DNA from: an uncultured Gammaproteobacteria bacterium
GTDB taxonomy: Bacteria; Patescibacteriota; Microgenomatia; UBA10105
NCBI GenBank assembly: GCA_964412165.1
Contig: CAYPMW010000002.1
Coordinates: 1,324-65,323 of the forward strand
DNA length: 64,000 nt
Direction: 5' to 3'
Of this stretch, positions 9,798 through 20,513 are shown in pieces. Position 1 is the first letter of the stretch, and each line of letters opens with the position of its first letter. The position numbers and the translations under genes were made by a program. The notes below the pieces were generated by a model that searched no databases, had not been told where the DNA came from, and was given only the letters and a program-made list of their open reading frames with translations.

Positions 9798-11861
9798 TTA
9801 ACTGACGCTCGGGGGTGGTAATTTCGGCTTTGTCCACGAAGCGAAGTTGCAATCGGGGTAACGGGAGCAACCATAGAAAATTCGACCTCGCTTTGTTTTT
9901 TTGACAATTACATCGCCTTGAGAGCATTTGGGGCATCTCATGTCGATTTTTACAACGATATTTTTGGTGTATTTACAGTCCGGAAATCTCGAACAGGCCA
10001 TGAATTTACCGTACCTGCCCAGCTTAATAATCACCTCCCCCAGTTTGCACTCTGGGCATACTTCTCCTGTTTTTTCTACCGGAGCTTCAACTTTCTGTAC
10101 TGTTTCTTCGACGTGTCTTAGTTTTTCCGAGAAAGGCTTATAAAATTCGCTAATTACTGGTATCCATTCTCTTTTTCCTTCGGCTATTTCATCAAGCTCC
10201 CCTTCCATGTTGGCAGTAAATGGCAGGTTTACAATATCGGGAAAATACGCTACTAAAAAATCATTCACTAATAACCCGAGTTCTGTCGGCACAAAATTCC
10301 TTCCTGTGCGGCCGTCGGGCTTAGTTTCCTTGGCGACATACTGCCGCTCTTGGATAGTTGACAAGGTTGGCGCATATGTTGATGGCCTGCCGATTCCGTC
10401 TTCTTCAAGTGCTTTAATGAGTGAGGCTTCGCTGTAGCGTGGCGGCGGTGTAGTAAATTTTTGTTGCGGCAAGGATTCAGCTAAATCAAGCGTTTCCCCA
10501 ACTCGTACATCAGGCACTTCTTTTACCTCACTATCTCTCCCCATTACCTTTAAAAATCCGTCGAACTTAACGACCGAACCCTGTGTCTCAAACAGGTACC
10601 CGTTGGGTGTCGTAATTCGGATAGTAGTCGAATCAAAAATCGCCTCGGTCATTTGCGAAGCTAACGCCCGTTTCCAAATGAGCTCGTAGAGTTTAGTGTG
10701 GTCACTTCTGAGTGTCGTATCCCCAGATTTTAAATGTTCCGGCGAAGCGTAAATGTTGGTGGGCCGGATGGCTTCGTGTGCTTCTTGGGCTAACTTTGAT
10801 TTAGTTGTGTAGGTACGGTAATGGGAATAATTGTTTCCGTAAGTTTTTTCAATATATACTTTTGCTTGTCCTAAAAATTTCGTCGACAATACAACTGAAT
10901 CGGTGCGGTGGTAGGTAATCAATCCCTTTTCGTATAACAACTGAGCGGCTCTCATGGTACGTCTAGCAGTAAAACCCAAACGTTTTCCGGCATCGATTTG
11001 CATAGCTGATGTTGTATAAGGGGGTCCGGGATATCGCTTCACTTCTTTTTTGTCTACGGCTGATACGGTATATGGAGTCTGCCAGTCGGCAATAATTTGT
11101 TTTGCATGAGTCTCGTTTGAAATCGTAGATTTCGTATATGAATATGAACCATCAAAAAGCTTGAGCGTCTCACTAGTCTCATATTTAATCCCATCCTTGG
11201 ATTTGAGCTCAGATTCAATTTGTTTCTGCGTACTTCGGGCTACAAACTGCGAATAAATCACCCAGTATTCCTGTAAATTGAACCGTTCAATTTCCCTTTC
11301 CCTTTCAACGATCAGCCTGAGAGCTATCGACTGAACCCGCCCTGCAGACAACCATCTTCTTGACAACTTTTTCCACAACATTGGTGACAATTTGTAACCA
11401 ACTAGCCTATCTAATACACGACGGGCTTGTTGGGCATTCACCAATGGAATGTTGAGGGAACCGGAATGAGTTAGCGCTTCTTTGATAGCGTCCTCGGTGA
11501 TTTCGTGGAAAGTAATGCGCTCGAACTTATTTTCGTCTATCGTTTCATTTTTGATTTTGGCTCCCTCTTGCGAAAGGATGACCGCCATATGATATGCAAT
11601 CGCCTCGCCTTCACGATCAGGATCAGTTGCTAGCACAACCTTTATGTCATCCTTAACAAGCGTTCTTAGTTCTTTTACCCGCTTGGACTTGTCCCTGGGT
11701 ATGACGTATTTGGGAGTAAAATTTTTCTCCACGTCGACACCGAGCTCTCCTTTCGGAAGATCCCTCAAGTGTCCAAATGTTGCCTCAATCCGGTAGTCTT
11801 TCCCTAAAAACCGAGACAGGGTTCGAGCTTTAGTAGGTGATTCAACCAGAACTAGTTTCAT
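9798..11861 (-). CDS. topA: DNA topoisomerase I
   Basis: VESPTKA, DPDREGE, SAGRVQS, LITYHRTD, C-terminal zinc ribbons. Confidence 0.98.
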   Translation of the reverse strand: MKLVLVESPTKARTLSRFLGKDYRIEATFGHLRDLPKGELGVDVEKNFTPKYVIPRDKSKRVKELRTLVKDDIKVVLATDPDREGEAIAYHMAVILSQEGAKIKNETIDENKFERITFHEITEDAIKEALTHSGSLNIPLVNAQQARRVLDRLVGYKLSPMLWKKLSRRWLSAGRVQSIALRLIVEREREIERFNLQEYWVIYSQFVARSTQKQIESELKSKDGIKYETSETLKLFDGSYSYTKSTISNETHAKQIIADWQTPYTVSAVDKKEVKRYPGPPYTTSAMQIDAGKRLGFTARRTMRAAQLLYEKGLITYHRTDSVVLSTKFLGQAKVYIEKTYGNNYSHYRTYTTKSKLAQEAHEAIRPTNIYASPEHLKSGDTTLRSDHTKLYELIWKRALASQMTEAIFDSTTIRITTPNGYLFETQGSVVKFDGFLKVMGRDSEVKEVPDVRVGETLDLAESLPQQKFTTPPPRYSEASLIKALEEDGIGRPSTYAPTLSTIQERQYVAKETKPDGRTGRNFVPTELGLLVNDFLVAYFPDIVNLPFTANMEGELDEIAEGKREWIPVISEFYKPFSEKLRHVEETVQKVEAPVEKTGEVCPECKLGEVIIKLGRYGKFMACSRFPDCKYTKNIVVKIDMRCPKCSQGDVIVKKTKRGRIFYGCSRYPDCNFASWTKPKLPPPSVS

Positions 11862-11922
11862 AAAGAATTCAAAAATTAAATATCAAAATATAAAATGACA
11901 ATCCAAAAATAAAATATGTCTT

Positions 11923-12025
11923 TATACTATTCTTACTGTAATTTGCAACTTTTTCGAATGAAAAATGTTGCTAAATCAGTCTAGAATGCGTTATACCCGG
12001 AACATTTCATTGTGTGAAGGGTATA
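11923..12025 (-). mobile_element. MITE-like element, copy 1
   Basis: Near-identical reverse complement of 14600-14702; imperfect TATACCCTTC-type terminal inverted repeats. Confidence 0.8.
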
Positions 12026-12084
12026 TCATTTGTGCAGTTTGAATTTTTAACAATCATTTTGATCTTTGATCTTTACATTTTGCA

Positions 12085-13188
12085 TTATTTAAGTCCGTAT
12101 TTGCCGTTTCCCAGGTCCCGTATTATACCACCCAGTTCCATTTTGGTAAGGAGAACGCTTGTTTCCTGAGCTCTTTTTTGTAAACGGCGGACGATCTCAT
12201 CAAAGTGTAGTTCACCTCCAGAAAGTAAATCAATGACGAGTTTTTCTTCAGGTAAAACATCGTTAGTGTGAATGAGTCTAACTTGGGATTTTTGCACATG
12301 TAATTCCTCAAGTATATCATCCACCCTGGTAATGACAGATGCTCCCTGTCGCAATAAACTTGCTGGACCGTCAGATAAGTAGCTCGTAATCGGACCCGGT
12401 ACGGCAAATACTTCTTTCCCTTGTTCAGCTGCGTAGCGCGCGGTGATAAGTGATCCTGAGTCGATAGCTCCTTCGGTAACTACAACACCTCGTGAGAGAC
12501 CAGATATGATACGGTTTCGTGCAGGAAACAAACCTTTGAGAACCGTGTGTCCCGGTGGAACTTCAGATACTACCGAACCGTCCTTCTCAATAATCTCCTG
12601 GTAGAGAGGCCAGTGTTCTGGCGGATAAATGACATCCACACCACATCCCAAAACTGCTATGGTAATCCCATTATGCCTTAAAGTAGTTCTGTGTGCGATG
12701 GCATCTATGCCTCTCGCCATGCCTGAGACGATAGTGAAACCGCCCGTTACTAAACCCTCCGTCAGCGTCTCGGTGACTAGTTTACCGTATGGAGTCGGTT
12801 TACGAGTCCCTACTATCGCAATTACTTGCTTTTTTGTTTCAGGTAATGCTCCTTTTATATATAGTGCAATAGGCGGATCAGGTATTGACATTAAAGGCTC
12901 GGGATACCCCGAATCCATCAATGTAATGATTTTGATTTCCTTTTGTAAAAGTTCCTCTTTAAACTGGCGCGGAATAAATCTGTCACGAAATGAGACAAAA
13001 TTAGAGGTAAGCTTTTGGGAAAGACCAATACGCGTTAATGCACTTTCGTTCGCCTTCCAGGCAGCAATGGCTGAGCCGAAATAATCCTTTAAAAGCTTAA
13101 ATCGCATCGGCCCGATGCCGGAGAATGCGCTAAATCCCAAGTATGCGTCCCGCTCACCCACCTCATTTAAATGGTGTATATTTGTCAT
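12085..13188 (-). CDS. dprA: DNA-protecting protein DprA
   Basis: IVGTR, SGMARGID, FPARNRIISGLS, C-terminal winged helix; next to topA. Confidence 0.97.
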   Translation of the reverse strand: MTNIHHLNEVGERDAYLGFSAFSGIGPMRFKLLKDYFGSAIAAWKANESALTRIGLSQKLTSNFVSFRDRFIPRQFKEELLQKEIKIITLMDSGYPEPLMSIPDPPIALYIKGALPETKKQVIAIVGTRKPTPYGKLVTETLTEGLVTGGFTIVSGMARGIDAIAHRTTLRHNGITIAVLGCGVDVIYPPEHWPLYQEIIEKDGSVVSEVPPGHTVLKGLFPARNRIISGLSRGVVVTEGAIDSGSLITARYAAEQGKEVFAVPGPITSYLSDGPASLLRQGASVITRVDDILEELHVQKSQVRLIHTNDVLPEEKLVIDLLSGGELHFDEIVRRLQKRAQETSVLLTKMELGGIIRDLGNGKYGLK

Positions 13189-13223
13189 GGACTAGAGTAG
13201 ACCGTATAATCGACTTACCATAC

Positions 13224-13802
13224 ATGAAACCATGTATATTATTTGATATAGATTTTACCCTGATCGACACTAATAAGCTGCATACACGGATTAAAAGATA
13301 TCTTTTTAATTTAAAAAATGCGCCATTTGTCTGGAACAATATTGCCGCTGTGAGACACGTAGCAACGTACACACACATTAAAGATCTCAATCCTACCCGA
13401 TTTGAACGCACCCTTTTTGATCCACTCTATTATACGCAAGCAGTATATCCGGATGTTGAGGCCTCCCTAATGACACTCAAACAATTTGCCCGTTTAGGCA
13501 TCTGGTCAGAGGCTAGTCCTCGCCTTCAATATATTAAGTTATTTTTCTCTCGATTATATAATTTTTTTGATCCCAACCTAATAAGTATTACGCCTTCGAA
13601 ATGCGCGTTACTTCCTCTTCTCGCGCAACGCTTTGGTCCAAATTTATATATCATCGACGACCGCCCCGATATGCTGAAAACAGCTCGAAATTATAATATT
13701 CATACAGTTTTAATTGATCGAAACAAAAAATATGTCTACTCTCCTGACTTCAACTATATCACCACTTTACTAGAAATTACCCAAATCTTTAAATTACGTT
13801 AA
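13224..13802 (+). CDS. HAD-family hydrolase
   Basis: Motif I FDIDFTL and motif IV IIDDR; start taken at MKPCIL. Confidence 0.8.
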   Translation: MKPCILFDIDFTLIDTNKLHTRIKRYLFNLKNAPFVWNNIAAVRHVATYTHIKDLNPTRFERTLFDPLYYTQAVYPDVEASLMTLKQFARLGIWSEASPRLQYIKLFFSRLYNFFDPNLISITPSKCALLPLLAQRFGPNLYIIDDRPDMLKTARNYNIHTVLIDRNKKYVYSPDFNYITTLLEITQIFKLR

Positions 13803-14585
13803 CCATAATCGTCTCAAGAAACTATTGAGAAATCCTTTAGAACTCGCTAGTAATAAGATACTTCCGTAATGGAACACATAGTACCAAAGAATCCAAGAAT
13901 TTGAACTACTTCTGATGAGAATAAATGCTGCCGAGAATCCTATCGCGCACAGCACTCGAATAGTAGACAAGTCAAAGAGTGTGGAAGTATGTTCCTTCTC
14001 AATCTTAAAGGTAACTGCTAACACCAATCCGCACCATATCATCACATACGCGGTAAATGGATCCATCACTTGACCTCCTGCCACTACTACACCAAGTGCA
14101 AACCGGGCTGGATGAGTACTACTTATGATAAGTGTACCAATGACCTGATCTATTTTTTTAAGGACCATCGTATATATTAGATTCAAACCGATAAAAAAGA
14201 ACTGAAAAATTACCAGGGTAGGTAAATAAATTGTCCCTAAGAGGATCGATAATCCGATCAAGGCTATCGCATCAATCGCTATAATGAGTCGGCTCACCCG
14301 CATACGGATCCATAGACGGCGCCGTTTAAATCTATGGGAGTAATCATGGGTGTAATCAAAAGCATTATTACATGCATAAATACCACCATACATAAGCATC
14401 CCGTGTATAAGAAAAATCTTTATAAATATGAATATATGTGATACTGATATAGATAAACCCGAAGTAAAGATAAATCCAATGAGGAGATGAAAAAAGTTCC
14501 CCAAGCGAATAAACCGGTGTGTATGAATATAGATAGCAATCAAAGTTGCTATCCGGTTTAGTGACAGCTTGACGTCGTGATTCAT
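13794..14585 (-). CDS. UbiA-family prenyltransferase-like membrane protein
   Basis: YACNNAFDYTHDYSHRFKRRR and NLIYTMVLKK motifs; multi-TM. Confidence 0.75.
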   Translation of the reverse strand: MNHDVKLSLNRIATLIAIYIHTHRFIRLGNFFHLLIGFIFTSGLSISVSHIFIFIKIFLIHGMLMYGGIYACNNAFDYTHDYSHRFKRRRLWIRMRVSRLIIAIDAIALIGLSILLGTIYLPTLVIFQFFFIGLNLIYTMVLKKIDQVIGTLIISSTHPARFALGVVVAGGQVMDPFTAYVMIWCGLVLAVTFKIEKEHTSTLFDLSTIRVLCAIGFSAAFILIRSSSNSWILWYYVFHYGSILLLASSKGFLNSFLRRLWLT

Positions 14586-14599
14586 ACTAAATACACACG

Positions 14600-14702
14600 T
14601 ATACCCTTCTCACAATGAAATGTTCCGGGTATAACTCCTTCTAGACTGAATTAGCAACATTTTTCATTCGAAAAAGTTGCAAATTACAGTAAGAAGAGTA
14701 TT
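14600..14702 (+). mobile_element. MITE-like element, copy 2
   Basis: TATACCCTTCT...AGAAGAGTAT termini; internal hairpin. Confidence 0.8.
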
Positions 14703-14740
14703 CAATTAGCATGCACATCAACAGGAAAAATAGTCAAGTT

Positions 14741-16534
14741 TTATCGTTTAAACCATTCTTCAAGAATTTTTTTGGCAATAGGAGCAGCGACATTTGAACC
14801 TTCTCCGCCTTTCTCCAGAAGCACTGTCACCGATATTTCCGGCTCACCTGTAATAACTGAATTTGATTTTTCTCCTGGCAGTGGAGCAAATACACTAAAC
14901 CAGGCATGGGTTTTGTTTTCCGGATCACCGAATTCTGCAGTACCTGTTTTACACGCCACGGGCACGCTTTTTTGTCTTCTTTCACCATTCCCATTTTCAA
15001 ATTTTTCCTGAACAACCGAAAAATTAAATAGCGGCCACCCAGTACCCCTATATGTGGTATCGGAACCTTCCATGCACGCCCGTCGCATGCCTTCTCTCAC
15101 CAGTATAACCGTATCCTCACTCAAGTGAAGATCTCTGCATGTACCTTTGTCAGTCTTATGGAGCGTCGGCTTACACAATTTTCCGTTCGCGGCGATAGCG
15201 TTTGTCCATAGATTAACTTGAAGCGGTGTAGTCTGAAGATCTCCCTGCCCGATTGACACATGATATGTATCTCCCAGATACCAACCTCCCCCACGGACTT
15301 TTTTCCGCCACTCAGGATCGGGCATCACTCCCTCTGCTTCACCAGATAGTTCAAGACCTGTTTTTTGTCCGATACCTAATTCTTTCCCCCAGTGAGCGAG
15401 TGTTTCAATTCCTGTCTTTTCGCCTAAGTGATAAAAATAAATATCATTGCTTCTCGCGATCCCCTTTACAATATCTACCATGCCGTCTTTTTTACCATTT
15501 TGGATAAAGTTCCAATTGCCGAATGAAAATGTCCCTATGGTCAAAATTCCCGTATCCTCAAACAGGGTTGTACCTGAGACTGCTTTTGACTCAAGCCCTG
15601 CGATGCTTGATACAATTTTAAAGGTTGAACCGGGAGGATATACTCCTGATATGGCCCGGTTAAATAACGGCTTAGCCTCGCTTTTGAATAATTTCTCGTA
15701 TTCACTCCGAGTTATCCCCTGATGAATCAAATTAGGGTTAAAGGATGGCGTTGAGATAAGAGCTAGTATTTCGCCTGTGGTGGGTTTAGTGACCACTACC
15801 GCACCGGTATACCCTCCCATCGCCTGATAAGCGACTTGCTGTAGATCAGCGTCAAGCGAGAGCGTGAGATCTCGTCCGGGTTTAGCGTCAATTTTACCCA
15901 AAGTCCTCACTTTCACACCACTTGAATCGACTTCAATGAGTTCTCTGCCATTTATACCTTTGAGTTCTGGATTAAAAGATTCTTCTATTCCCATCCTTCC
16001 CAAACGGTCACCGGGTTCAAAATCTTGGTAAGCGTAATATGGGTTCTTCAATTCTTCCTGCGAAATTTCGCCTAAGAATCCCAACACATGTGCAGTTTCC
16101 TGGGGATACTCATATTCACGTAGATAATCGTGCTCCGAGTAATATTTTTCTTTGCTGTACCCTTTTTCTTTCCATTCTTCCTCGGTCAAAAATTCTACCC
16201 CGCACGTTTTTCCTACCTCGCACGGTGGGCTTACTCTGTAGGCCGGAATGTTTCGCACGAGCGGTACACCCCGACGGTCTTTGATAGTTCCTCGTGGAGC
16301 ATGGATGACGGATGAACGAATGCGGTTTTCTTCGGATAGTTCACGGTTCTTTGCACCTGAAACAATAGTAAGATGAAATAGCCTAAGAAATAATACACTG
16401 AAGATAACTATCAAAATAAAATATAAAAAAGTAATGCGTGCACCCCAACCTCTGATTGGAGGTGGTGGAGTGGCGCTTCGCCTCTTGGTCATTTTGATAA
16501 TACTATCTGAGAAAGCTTGGCCAAGTTTCACCAT
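14741..16534 (-). CDS. mrdA: Penicillin-binding protein 2
   Basis: PGSTFK (SxxK), SND/SxN-type motif, KTGT; N-terminal TM; downstream of mreB. Confidence 0.93.
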   Translation of the reverse strand: MVKLGQAFSDSIIKMTKRRSATPPPPIRGWGARITFLYFILIVIFSVLFLRLFHLTIVSGAKNRELSEENRIRSSVIHAPRGTIKDRRGVPLVRNIPAYRVSPPCEVGKTCGVEFLTEEEWKEKGYSKEKYYSEHDYLREYEYPQETAHVLGFLGEISQEELKNPYYAYQDFEPGDRLGRMGIEESFNPELKGINGRELIEVDSSGVKVRTLGKIDAKPGRDLTLSLDADLQQVAYQAMGGYTGAVVVTKPTTGEILALISTPSFNPNLIHQGITRSEYEKLFKSEAKPLFNRAISGVYPPGSTFKIVSSIAGLESKAVSGTTLFEDTGILTIGTFSFGNWNFIQNGKKDGMVDIVKGIARSNDIYFYHLGEKTGIETLAHWGKELGIGQKTGLELSGEAEGVMPDPEWRKKVRGGGWYLGDTYHVSIGQGDLQTTPLQVNLWTNAIAANGKLCKPTLHKTDKGTCRDLHLSEDTVILVREGMRRACMEGSDTTYRGTGWPLFNFSVVQEKFENGNGERRQKSVPVACKTGTAEFGDPENKTHAWFSVFAPLPGEKSNSVITGEPEISVTVLLEKGGEGSNVAAPIAKKILEEWFKR

Positions 16535-16540
16535 AACAGG

Positions 16541-17140
16541 TCACGTGAGAATAAACAGATGCGAGAAAAAATATATTGTCAACGACAATCCAATACCTAA
16601 CATCACCTCAAGTATTGTGTGATTATTCAAGTATACTCTCGACCAAGCCACAAGAATAATGCCGACAACTCCAAAATACTTCCATGTTCCAAAATTATTA
16701 AGCACCAAGAGATATATAAGTGTCACGCCAGCAGTATGCGCACTAATTTTCCAAAACAGAGTGACAACAAAAAAAAGGATTATGCCAGCTAAAAACACGA
16801 GGGTCAACCGTAATGCAGTATCAAGCTCCATCGACCAGAAGATAAAAACTAATGAAACTAACATTAACAGGCTAAAAAGTATCACAGAGTATCGTTCTTT
16901 TCTGATCCGTAAGTTCCAATCAGATATTTTCTTCACTGCTTTAAGAAAGATGAGGATAAATAAAATCGGTAATAATCCTGCCAGGAGAAATATATACGCG
17001 GAGAGTTTACGCAAATCTTCACTTGACTCAAACCGGATGAGATAAAGTATAACTAACAGGGGAAATACGAACAAAGGATAAGTGATAAAAGATATAAGTT
17101 GTGCTATGAAACGGACAATTCTTTTTGCCATAGGTATCAT
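16541..17140 (-). CDS. PAP2-like membrane protein
   Basis: KISAH and SRVYLNNHT motifs; multi-TM; coupled to mreB. Confidence 0.7.
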   Translation of the reverse strand: MIPMAKRIVRFIAQLISFITYPLFVFPLLVILYLIRFESSEDLRKLSAYIFLLAGLLPILFILIFLKAVKKISDWNLRIRKERYSVILFSLLMLVSLVFIFWSMELDTALRLTLVFLAGIILFFVVTLFWKISAHTAGVTLIYLLVLNNFGTWKYFGVVGIILVAWSRVYLNNHTILEVMLGIGLSLTIYFFSHLFILT

Positions 17141-18186
17141 CTTAAACCGCCCGTCACCCTCACCCGGTTAAGCAGTGTTTCATCCTCGAGCAGTTTAAGA
17201 GCTCCCCGGACTACGGCTGTTTGCGGGTCTTCGCTTACCCACACTGGCATTTTCATTTCTTGTGCAATCAGTTTTTCGATCCCCCGAAGTTGTGCTCCCC
17301 CTCCAGCCAAAGTGATTCCCTGTTCCATAATATCACCAATAAATTCGGGTGGAGTCTCCTCAATCACTTCTTTTATGCCTGAAAGAATCTGGTTTACCAC
17401 ACTTGCTAATGCTTCACGGATCTCAGCGGCATTGAGTTTCAGTGATTTGGGAAGTCCCGCCTCAAGATCCCTACCACGGACTACGGTTTGATTTGTATCG
17501 TCTACGATAAAAGCTGAACCGATCGCAATTTTGACACTTTCAGCAGTTTGCTCTCCCAGAAGCAGTGAATGCTTGAGCCGGGCAAATGAGATGACTGCTT
17601 GATCAAGCTCATCGCCGGCTATCCGGATAGAACGGTTAACGACTATACCTCCAAGAGATATCACCGCAATCTCAGTCGTACCACCACCTATATCAACAAT
17701 CATAGAACCTACAGAATCCTCAACCGGTAACCCTGCTCCAATAGCCGCGGCCATTGGCTCCTCGATCAAATACGCAGTCCGCGCACCGGCATCAAGGGCT
17801 GCCTCCTGTACCGCTCGACGCTCTACTTCAGTGACTCCTGAGGGTATCCCTACAACTATTTTCGGCCGGGGAATATTGGGAAAATATCGCTGAGGTTTAA
17901 CATGAACAAGCTTTATATAATGAGCCAGCATAGCAGCAGTCGCGTCAAAATCGGAGATAACACCACGCCTCAGTGGTCTAAGAGCTTCAATCATTTGGGG
18001 AGTTTTTCCGATCATTTTCTTGGCTTCACTGCCGACAGCGAGCACTTTTTTTGTTTTTTTATGTCGGGCAACGACTGACGGTTCCCGCACCACAATTCCC
18101 TTACCTTTGATCGCTACAAGCGTATTGGCTGTACCCAAATCGACCGCTAAATCGTGAGAAAATAAACCGAAGATAAAATCCAGCAT
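17137..18186 (-). CDS. mreB: Rod shape-determining protein MreB
   Basis: DLGTANT, EEPMAAAIG, DIGGGTTE. Confidence 0.98.
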   Translation of the reverse strand: MLDFIFGLFSHDLAVDLGTANTLVAIKGKGIVVREPSVVARHKKTKKVLAVGSEAKKMIGKTPQMIEALRPLRRGVISDFDATAAMLAHYIKLVHVKPQRYFPNIPRPKIVVGIPSGVTEVERRAVQEAALDAGARTAYLIEEPMAAAIGAGLPVEDSVGSMIVDIGGGTTEIAVISLGGIVVNRSIRIAGDELDQAVISFARLKHSLLLGEQTAESVKIAIGSAFIVDDTNQTVVRGRDLEAGLPKSLKLNAAEIREALASVVNQILSGIKEVIEETPPEFIGDIMEQGITLAGGGAQLRGIEKLIAQEMKMPVWVSEDPQTAVVRGALKLLEDETLLNRVRVTGGLR

Positions 18187-18284
18187 AAAAAGTAAACGCA
18201 GTATAGCATACCGCTTGGATAGTAGAATTTAGAAAGTGAGACCAGAATACCAAAAACACTTCGTCGGTATGGTACAATTCTTAC

Positions 18285-20513
18285 ATGTCAATTGATTCAC
18301 GTTTAGGCCGCATTGTCGGTTTTTGTTTTTACATATTATTTTTTGTAACTCCACTTTTATTTAATCCATCTCGTTTCCTTCCGTCATCTGAGGTTTTTGA
18401 AATTAATAAAATGATGTTTGTTTACGTCATAACCGCACTGATTACGGGAGTGTGGATGGCTCGCATGATTGTTTCCAGAAAGCTGATATTTGTTCGCACT
18501 CCCTTTGATATACCAATCCTTTTATATCTAGGGATTCAACTCCTTGCCACTTTATTTTCGATAGATCGTCATGTATCTATATATGGCTATTATTCCCGCT
18601 TTCACGGTGGGCTTTTGTCTACCTTTTGCTATACGCTTTTATATTTTGCGTTTGCGGCAAACAGCGCCTTCATCAACCTGCGTAAGTTATTTCTATTTAT
18701 CCTGTCAGTCGGAGCGGTAGTGGCTCTTTATGGAGTGCTTGAAAAATTCGGAATTGATGAACAAATGTGGGTCCAGGATGTCCGCGCCCGGGTTTTTTCT
18801 TCCTTTGGTCAACCAAATTGGCTGGCGGCATATCTTGTCATTCTTTCCTTCATCGCGTTTGGATTTCTGCTTATAGTCTACCGCAAAGTAGGTTGGGGGA
18901 AAAAACTCATTACTCCATCATTTCTCATGTACAGCGGGATGCTCGCTCTATTTTATATCTGTCTCCTCTTCACCAAATCCAGATCTGGATTTCTAGGTTT
19001 CTGGATTCCATTTTATATAGCGGGAATTGCCCTTTACCTCAAATTAGATCAGTCTCAAAACCTCGTTTACAAGATAGTGATCGTGGCTTTGGGAATACTG
19101 CCGATACTATTTTTGGGGGTGTCTAATTATCTGTATTTCTGGATTTCGGTGCTTATTGAGATAGTTTTTACGATCATTCTCTTGAGAGAATACCAGAAGT
19201 TCTTTTTTTTCGTTTTTTTGACGCTTGCCATCATCACCTTTGTCATTACTACTCCCTTTGACACGATTAATTCAAACATGACACTGGCTCGGTTTATTAC
19301 CCCCACCAATTCTACCCCGCCACCCGAAACTTCTCCGGGAAGTACCGCGCTTGAATTTGGGGGGATCACCGATTCGGCAAATATTCGGCGGATTGTGTGG
19401 AAAGGCGCCGCGACTATCATCAGGAAATACCCGCTTCTGGGGACTGGACCTGAAACGTTTGCCTTCGCCTATTATAAATTCAGGCCAGTCGAGCATAATC
19501 TGACTTCGGAGTGGGATTTTCTGTATAACCGAGCCCATAATGAACTTCTCAATATTGCAGCCACAAGTGGTCTTACTGGTCTTATTGTCTATTTGTTTTA
19601 CCTAATCGCCGTTTTCTTTTACCTTATTAAACAGGCAAAAAAAGCCGTTGACGGGGAACTTTGGTCGATGTATTTAGTATTAGCTTTGGCGTTTCTTAGT
19701 ATCCATATTACCAATTTCTTCGGATTTTCGGTAGTAGTTACCGGCATGTTTTTATATCTTATACCGGCACTGGCAATCACACTACCGCAGACGAAAACCG
19801 CGGCATCGCTTGAACTCAAAAAAAAAGTCACGTTAAAACAGAAAATACTTCTAGTAGGCGTGGGCGTTGGAGTTGTATATGTTATCATTCAAGTCGGGTT
19901 GATGTGGACAGCAGACTCGATGTATGCCCAGGCAGATATTCTCTCCCGGCAGAGTCTTACCAGTGATGCATATACACATATTCAAGCCGCTAATTTTCTC
20001 CGTCCCAGTGAGCCTATTTTTTATAACGAGCGAGCTACCATTGCCAGCACCATCGCGTTTGAAGCCCTCAAACAAAGTGACTCCAGCCGGGCAGCCGCGT
20101 ATGCCACCGACGCCATCGATGCCTCAAGTAAGGCTCTAACTACCAGCCCCCAAAATATTTCTTTCTGGAAAACTAGGACCAAGCTATTATTTAACTTGTC
20201 ACTTTTTGAACCCGCGTTCACAAAATCTGCACTCGATGCAATCTTAGTTGCAAGAGACTTAGCTCCCACCAACCCAGAGCTTGCCTATAATGCTGCAGTG
20301 ATTTACGGCAGACTGGGAAAAAATGAGGAAGCAATTGAGCTTCTTAAGCAAACCATTAATCTAAAACCTGATTATCAGGATGCGTATACGGCGCTTATCT
20401 TATTTTATGAGGAAAAGGGAAATATCGATTTAGTCAAAAAAACGCTTGAAGACGGCCTGAAGATTTTTCCTCGTGACAGCGAACTACTTAAAAAATCGGC
20501 AGAATTACCATGA
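18285..20513 (+). CDS. O-antigen ligase-family membrane protein with C-terminal TPRs
   Basis: GQPNWLA, TKSRSG, RAHNE motifs; TPR-like helices. Confidence 0.85.
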   Translation: MSIDSRLGRIVGFCFYILFFVTPLLFNPSRFLPSSEVFEINKMMFVYVITALITGVWMARMIVSRKLIFVRTPFDIPILLYLGIQLLATLFSIDRHVSIYGYYSRFHGGLLSTFCYTLLYFAFAANSAFINLRKLFLFILSVGAVVALYGVLEKFGIDEQMWVQDVRARVFSSFGQPNWLAAYLVILSFIAFGFLLIVYRKVGWGKKLITPSFLMYSGMLALFYICLLFTKSRSGFLGFWIPFYIAGIALYLKLDQSQNLVYKIVIVALGILPILFLGVSNYLYFWISVLIEIVFTIILLREYQKFFFFVFLTLAIITFVITTPFDTINSNMTLARFITPTNSTPPPETSPGSTALEFGGITDSANIRRIVWKGAATIIRKYPLLGTGPETFAFAYYKFRPVEHNLTSEWDFLYNRAHNELLNIAATSGLTGLIVYLFYLIAVFFYLIKQAKKAVDGELWSMYLVLALAFLSIHITNFFGFSVVVTGMFLYLIPALAITLPQTKTAASLELKKKVTLKQKILLVGVGVGVVYVIIQVGLMWTADSMYAQADILSRQSLTSDAYTHIQAANFLRPSEPIFYNERATIASTIAFEALKQSDSSRAAAYATDAIDASSKALTTSPQNISFWKTRTKLLFNLSLFEPAFTKSALDAILVARDLAPTNPELAYNAAVIYGRLGKNEEAIELLKQTINLKPDYQDAYTALILFYEEKGNIDLVKKTLEDGLKIFPRDSELLKKSAELP

